Positions 58,656 to 64,000 of a DNA stretch of 64,000 bases are shown here, in pieces. The translations under genes were made by a program, and so were the position numbers. Location: NCBI GenBank assembly GCA_000002445.1, contig CM000207.1:1216001-1280000 (forward strand), in the 5' to 3' direction. The DNA is from Trypanosoma brucei (Eukaryota). A model generated the notes under the pieces. It was not told where the DNA came from. It ran no database searches and worked only from the letters and a program-made list of their open reading frames with translations. The stretch's first letter is position 1; every line of letters begins with the position of its first letter.

Positions 58656-60266
58656 TCACTGTGTTGACGGGGGATGGAACACATCCCTCACCAGCACTGC
58701 AGCCATCGCCAACATTTCACGCTGCGCCGTGGTATCTGCTACACGCAGCGGGGTCCGATTACTCCCTGCTGCCGCTGGACCAATGTGAGCAGCCGCCCAC
58801 CCACACGTGATGGCGTTGCTGGCAACCGCGAGTGCCGCACCGAAAAGAGGATGATGTTGAAGCCATTGACACAAGGTTCCTCGCACCTCATGAGGTTGGC
58901 GTACATCTTCGAGAAATATCGGTTCCCTGCGGCATTCCCTCAGACAAGAATCAGTTTCACCCCAAGGGGTGCCAACTGGGTTCTGCGAGTCGTCTCCTTC
59001 AGTTTCGTCCATCAAAAATAGCAAGACACGTTCACTGGATATCAGCAACTGCTGAAGCTTTGTTTCGTAGCATGAATGAACTCCTCTCGCGAAACCGTTG
59101 TCGCGACGGGAGTGACCCACACGCAGAGCCCACTCCTCCTCATCCGCATGCGCGGCTGCCAAAAGTTCAATGGCAACTCGCCACCACCGCGGTGGAGCCA
59201 CGTATAAGCCTGTTGACTTTAGCACAACTGCCTCCAGTCGCAACACTTCGCTAGAACTAAACACGTGTTGATCGAAGAAATGCTTATCCAGTATGGTAAC
59301 GAGATCCTCAACATCCGCGTTGACGTCTGCGTATTTCCAACTTATTAGGAGGCAGGCACTCATAAAAAGGAGGTGGTCTCGCGCCGTCAGGTCACTAATG
59401 GTTTTGCCACTGCCCTGCTCGTTGAGCGCAAACGCGTGATTCGCCAGCAACTGCAATGCCGTTATTGGCACCTCAAGAGCGTTTTTCCAAGACTGGTCGT
59501 ACCGTTGGAGTCCTAGCAGGAAGCTGAAGCCCATCAGCAATGCTGTCGCTGCAACCTCTCGTTGTTGCTGAAGCAACCAAACCAAAGCGGTGCTAGCCGC
59601 AGTTTGCTCCCGCTTGATTTCACCGCTGGCTAGTGAAAGGACGCTATCTGTGGGGAAGAGACGCAATTTTATAAAGTCATATGCTCGAGAACCTTCTTGC
59701 GGCACTGAGGACCCTTCCTCGCAACTTTGTGACGTCATTGCTGCAGCGACCTCATCAGTATACCACCGAAATGCGGAACAAAGGGACGGAGACATGTCTG
59801 TTGCTGTAGTGAATTCGGCTGGTGCATGAAGTGCCCATCGTGTGGGCGCCACTCTGGAACGAAGCAGGAATTGTTCATCTTCCCAATGCGCTCGTTGACT
59901 GTGCTTTCGCACACTTGTTTTTCCGGTGTCATTTGCATGATGATCAGTTGAAACCGCTGTCGTAACGGCTTTGATGCCTTCTGGTGGCATGCAGAGATCG
60001 CCTATCCGCGAATAGTCTGAACCTGCAGTTGCCGCATTCGAAGAATTGTCTGAATCACTAGGAGATAAGTTACTCCTCCCCACTTTCGCGGTAACAATTG
60101 GTGAAGAAAAACGGGGCACCTTTACTGGTGCGGTGCCGCCGACTTTTCTACTCGTTGTCATCCAATCGTCCCTATCAGGGGTATTTGCCACTGCACGACA
60201 ATGAAGCAACTGCTCGCTGAAACCACAAACTCTCTGCCTCTGGTTGGTCATGCCTTTCCTCTTCAT
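58656..60266 (-). CDS. Hypothetical protein (~536 aa) with a possible cyclin-box-like segment.
   Basis: The track ORF starts at GTG (60269). ATG at 60264-60266. The segment LLFMSACLLISWKYADVNADVEDLVTILDKHFFDQHVFSSSEVLRLEAVVLKSTGLYV loosely fits the cyclin-box pattern (L..A.KYEE......D.......T...I...E..IL..L.F.L). This is weak. Confidence 0.4.
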   Translation of the reverse strand: MKRKGMTNQRQRVCGFSEQLLHCRAVANTPDRDDWMTTSRKVGGTAPVKVPRFSSPIVTAKVGRSNLSPSDSDNSSNAATAGSDYSRIGDLCMPPEGIKAVTTAVSTDHHANDTGKTSVRKHSQRAHWEDEQFLLRSRVAPTRWALHAPAEFTTATDMSPSLCSAFRWYTDEVAAAMTSQSCEEGSSVPQEGSRAYDFIKLRLFPTDSVLSLASGEIKREQTAASTALVWLLQQQREVAATALLMGFSFLLGLQRYDQSWKNALEVPITALQLLANHAFALNEQGSGKTISDLTARDHLLFMSACLLISWKYADVNADVEDLVTILDKHFFDQHVFSSSEVLRLEAVVLKSTGLYVAPPRWWRVAIELLAAAHADEEEWALRVGHSRRDNGFARGVHSCYETKLQQLLISSERVLLFLMDETEGDDSQNPVGTPWGETDSCLRECRREPIFLEDVRQPHEVRGTLCQWLQHHPLFGAALAVASNAITCGWAAAHIGPAAAGSNRTPLRVADTTAQREMLAMAAVLVRDVFHPPSTQ

Positions 60267-60768
60267 CACTCCGTGTCTCTGCTATTGCGCGTAGCTTTTG
60301 ACTGATACCTTAAGCAAACGCTCTCTCCTATCCCTGCGGGATGCTCTGCCTAACTGTTGACAATCAATAACAGAAAAATAAAATAAAAACGAAGTAGCCT
60401 TTGACCCACCATCGTATAATGGTGGAGTGGGTAAAGGAGTTGAAGCAAAGTATACCACAGCAAACAGGATTGAGGAAGGGTGATGGAATTGTTAGACATG
60501 AAAAACCCATTCGCCTAACCACAGACGATTGAGTGCCACTTCGGCACAGCACCTCTTGCACGAGTCAATACACCACTCGCTTCATAAGGGACAGATTTAG
60601 CACTTTCCCTCTGTGTCCAAGTGCTTCCAAGACGCAACCCTCGTAGTTCTACTACCGTCACATATCCAGTCCAGTAGGTTAACCTTCAATTTGATCCCAT
60701 AAATCAACGTGAGTTCCAGTAGCAGCATGCACGACCCCAATGGCAATACCACCAGCGGCCGACTCTCT

Positions 60769-63471
60769 TCAATGGCATATGAGAAACGACTCCAACTGCT
60801 GTCGAGTATTGTTCATGAAGAGACTTCCTGTCAGTGGATTCCTGTATGGCGACGGTTGGTTCCCGCAGTAGGATATCCCTAGCTCCCTATCTGAAGTTTC
60901 TTCCAAATGCCGCGCAAGGCGCCGTCCAGCACACGTTAATCCTACCGCTCCCCAGCAGTTAGAGACCCCATCGGATGTAGTAAAAAAATACCGCGGGTGA
61001 CATACAACAAGTAGAGGAATCAGAGCGGGGTCACCGATGTGATCCCGGATAAACACCCGAATATCAATTGGTAGTAGCGTTCGGAGCACTGCGAATGAGA
61101 GGCAAGAGCCGTCGCCGCTACCGTCACCTCTATTGCTTTCGTCTGATTCATCCACATCATCTTCAAAATCCATCCCAATTTCCTCCGCCCGGCGCAACAA
61201 CTCCCGATGGAGGCAACACATGACCTCAAGAACCAACTTTGCTGGAAGCTTTTTCCTACTGGCCAGCGGCGGCTCCCCCGGTGTGGCGCGTGCACGAATA
61301 TACAACACTTGCCTGCCCCCTTCCGTTTTGTAGCAACCGTCAACAAACCTGTTGAACACAATCAACTTATATTTAGTCGCATTATCACCGCACGCCCCAC
61401 AGCCACTGTCCACTTTCGCCCCGATATGTGAGCCGGTCCGTTGGGCACTGCACTCTTCATATGGGAAGAAGAGACATGCAATGTTTTCTTTAATTTCGTT
61501 TTTAACAAGCGGAGACACGCGGCCCTGAACTTCCCCAATAAGCATTGGGTGCAGTGCTTCGTGCTGCCTAGTGGTGAAATATCGCATCAGGTGGCGCACA
61601 AAAGCTATGTTGGCACACGCCCCCATGGGGTACATTGCGCACGAAGGGGCGGCGACAATATCTTCACCCAGCGGCTGTACAAATAGCCTCGCCGATGGAA
61701 GTTGCTCCAGTTTCTCATAAACAGCAGCTTGCAACCCACAAAAAAGACGATCCAACATGTCTACGTTTTCCTCAGGGTCGGGCGCAGTCCCTTGCCAATA
61801 AGAAACAAAGCTCCACCACGGACGTTCGTCGACAACCAACCGACTCACTGGGGCATCTGCGACTTCTCCCTCATCACTCAATTCCCTCAGCACGACACTG
61901 TGAGGCAGTCGCCCTGTTGGGGGCATGTCCCCCTTTGCAGTAACTTGTGCTTCCGGCACTGCACAAAGTCGACGGCGAAGGAAAAGTACACCAATATCGG
62001 ATAGCGCTTCGTTTGATGACTCAAGGTGTGGTGATTGCCTCCCCTGGTGCTGAGTCTTGCGCTGCTGGCACTCAGCCAAAGGCCTCCCCCAGCACCACTC
62101 CACACCTAGAGTGCTGAGCGCTGACAGAAAAGCAACTTCTCGACGACGTCGCACGTCCTCACGATTCAACACGAAAAGAGAGGTGAGTGATGGGTGTGCT
62201 GCCAAAACACGGTTCCGCACCGCGGCAAAGTCAACAAAACCGTGGCCGTCGCTGTCAACTGACATGCCAGTAGAACTCACGGGGATTGTTTGAATGAACT
62301 GCAGCAGCGGCAAAAGACTCTGTGAAAGACGATAGCGTTCCATTGATGAGGGGGCGATGATTCGCTCCCCCATATGCATTACGGTGTGAGCTTCACCAAC
62401 AGGAGGAGAAGGAGCAGAGTTGACGGGTACGTGGTGTGACTGGGTCGGTGAAGCCGCTTCGCTTCTCACAGTAGTCGATTCAGCCCCCCTTGCGCTACCC
62501 ATTCCACAACCATCCCTCACACGCACAACAGAACCGTTGCTAGAAAACGCAAACAGCTCACACTCGTATACCAGCAAAAGCCGTTTGATGTCATTGGACA
62601 ACTCGCGGCGTGTGAAGCTCGTTGCAGCGTGGCTTAGCGACGCACGATGAATGACTTTTAGTGGCACTGGACGCCTCTCACCGCAACCATTCGAAGCTTC
62701 CAACGTGCGCACGAGCGCAGCGATTTCAGTAGCCAACTCCCGCACGCCGGGTCTAACACGGATCACAAGTTTCTCGTCTGCGCCTCTGCTTTCAGGACTG
62801 ATTTTCCCATCAAGTGATGTTCGGGACGAAGACGGCGATAAGGTGAACACGCATGTACTCTGAATTCGACTCGTAAGGAGCTGCTTGTTGTGTTCCACCC
62901 CAACCCCAGCTCCCACTAATCGAACAGGAGATCCGGCGCCAGGAACCAATCGCGAGAGCAATGGCTGAAAATGTTCTTCCATGTATTCCAATGGCACTGG
63001 CGGATAAAAAGGCGCGCTTATCGTCACACCGCCCCACGTGTCAGCAGTTGTGGTTGCAATTGCTTCACCCAAATCCACCCCTTTCCCATTCGCCATTTCA
63101 CGCTGTTCGTTGAGATGCCGTCGATACATCACTAGCACCGCCGCAACCTCGGTGGTTATTTCCCCAGCATCGAGCAAAGGTGTTCCCACGGCGGGAAGTG
63201 GCCCTGACAGAACATTTGGTGGTGATGATGTAACGGGTTTTGTGGTCTGTGGTTGTCGCTGTGGTGGCGGGACCATGTGCTTCACAGATGATGCCACACT
63301 TGCTCTTGGCCCCTTGCTAAATAAAATTGCGCTCTCACTGTTCCTCCCACTGAAACTCGACGAAGCCAACCGTGCTTCCACCATTGGAGAATCAAAAATA
63401 AGCCCTACACACCGATGGACGCACGGGCGGCATCCCGCTAGAGGTTGCCGAAGTTTCAATAAAACCTGCAT
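60769..63471 (-). CDS. Hypothetical protein, 900 aa, no recognised domain.
   Basis: ATG verified at 63469-63471. Long uninterrupted ORF, co-directional with its neighbours. Confidence 0.5.
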   Translation of the reverse strand: MQVLLKLRQPLAGCRPCVHRCVGLIFDSPMVEARLASSSFSGRNSESAILFSKGPRASVASSVKHMVPPPQRQPQTTKPVTSSPPNVLSGPLPAVGTPLLDAGEITTEVAAVLVMYRRHLNEQREMANGKGVDLGEAIATTTADTWGGVTISAPFYPPVPLEYMEEHFQPLLSRLVPGAGSPVRLVGAGVGVEHNKQLLTSRIQSTCVFTLSPSSSRTSLDGKISPESRGADEKLVIRVRPGVRELATEIAALVRTLEASNGCGERRPVPLKVIHRASLSHAATSFTRRELSNDIKRLLLVYECELFAFSSNGSVVRVRDGCGMGSARGAESTTVRSEAASPTQSHHVPVNSAPSPPVGEAHTVMHMGERIIAPSSMERYRLSQSLLPLLQFIQTIPVSSTGMSVDSDGHGFVDFAAVRNRVLAAHPSLTSLFVLNREDVRRRREVAFLSALSTLGVEWCWGRPLAECQQRKTQHQGRQSPHLESSNEALSDIGVLFLRRRLCAVPEAQVTAKGDMPPTGRLPHSVVLRELSDEGEVADAPVSRLVVDERPWWSFVSYWQGTAPDPEENVDMLDRLFCGLQAAVYEKLEQLPSARLFVQPLGEDIVAAPSCAMYPMGACANIAFVRHLMRYFTTRQHEALHPMLIGEVQGRVSPLVKNEIKENIACLFFPYEECSAQRTGSHIGAKVDSGCGACGDNATKYKLIVFNRFVDGCYKTEGGRQVLYIRARATPGEPPLASRKKLPAKLVLEVMCCLHRELLRRAEEIGMDFEDDVDESDESNRGDGSGDGSCLSFAVLRTLLPIDIRVFIRDHIGDPALIPLLVVCHPRYFFTTSDGVSNCWGAVGLTCAGRRLARHLEETSDRELGISYCGNQPSPYRNPLTGSLFMNNTRQQLESFLICH

Positions 63472-64000
63472 TTCCTCCTTTTATTGGTGTCCTCTGAGCC
63501 CACTACCTGGCAACCTGTGAGCGACCAAATGCCAAGGGGTCAGGAAATGTCGGCTTTCCGTAAAGGAGGAACGAGACCAACGGGGAAGAAAGGGAGGAAA
63601 TTGCATCTGTGCTGAAGCCGATGATGAGAAACAAGCGCGCCAGTGCATTCCTCCGTGAGAAGTGTCAGTTAGGTCGCAATTACTTGAAGTAAAGACTTCT
63701 CTTCCCCCCTCATTGGTAAGGGTGATCGAGGGGAGAAGGGGAATCCTCTCAAGGTACAAGCAGACGCACGAAACCAAATAAGTGCGTAATTATGCCAGAC
63801 TTCAGCAAATCTTTGCCAGCGGAATTCAATTCAATTATGCACCTCCTTTTGGTCCACCCTTCTGGTGTACAAAGAATTCACCTCCTCGAGTTAACCAACC
63901 ATCTCGCGGTCCGTGAAGTTGCTTTTTCTTGTGGTGGCACATGTGGAAAAAAAAAATTTGTCCATGCGAGGAGAGAAGGTACCCAAATAAAAAATTAATG

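Overview
This window reads as a chromosome-internal region of an African trypanosome of the Trypanosoma brucei group. All substantive genes lie on the minus strand, consistent with one directional polycistronic unit. A degenerate ingi-type non-LTR retrotransposon sits on the plus strand (antisense). I assign the organism from the ingi 5' hallmark sequence at 20771, which I recognise from memory.

Gene order, transcribed right to left:
- a 900 aa hypothetical protein and a 537 aa cyclin-box-like protein;
- a UBC13-type ubiquitin-conjugating E2;
- a full-length twin-Cx9C CHCH-domain (CHCHD2/Mix17-like) gene;
- a ~28.8 kb tandem array of five ~5.75 kb units;
- the ingi element (20771-26031) and a second RIME-like remnant (26032-27241);
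- about 6 kb with no ORFs;
- housekeeping genes: a tail-anchored protein, a Ser-rich protein, a small charged protein, a 4-TM protein, spermidine synthase, a DENN-domain protein, a PFA-DSP tyrosine phosphatase, and the N-terminal ~680 aa of an IFT139/TTC21B homologue that runs off the left edge.

The most interesting content is the tandem array.
- Each unit encodes a pair of distantly paralogous secreted or surface proteins, type A (~285 aa) and type B (~310-320 aa).
- Both have a signal peptide and a coiled-coil centre.
- Both share the C-terminal motif C-x-A-C-x-A-x-T-C-[WY]-x(4)-[IV]K-x-E-LDK[LM]Y-x(3)-W.
- Type A ends in a soluble tail. Type B ends in a hydrophobic tail that looks like a GPI-anchor or tail-anchor signal.
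- Each unit also carries an N-terminally truncated copy of the CHCH gene.
- Signal peptides, termini and intergenic DNA are near-identical between units, while the central coiled-coil regions are hypervariable. Two units are more than 99.9% identical.

I had no tools. Product calls rest on motifs I can see in the ORF translations and on family knowledge. No database search was run. The ORF track uses GTG/TTG as alternative starts, so I corrected several start coordinates to the first ATG.
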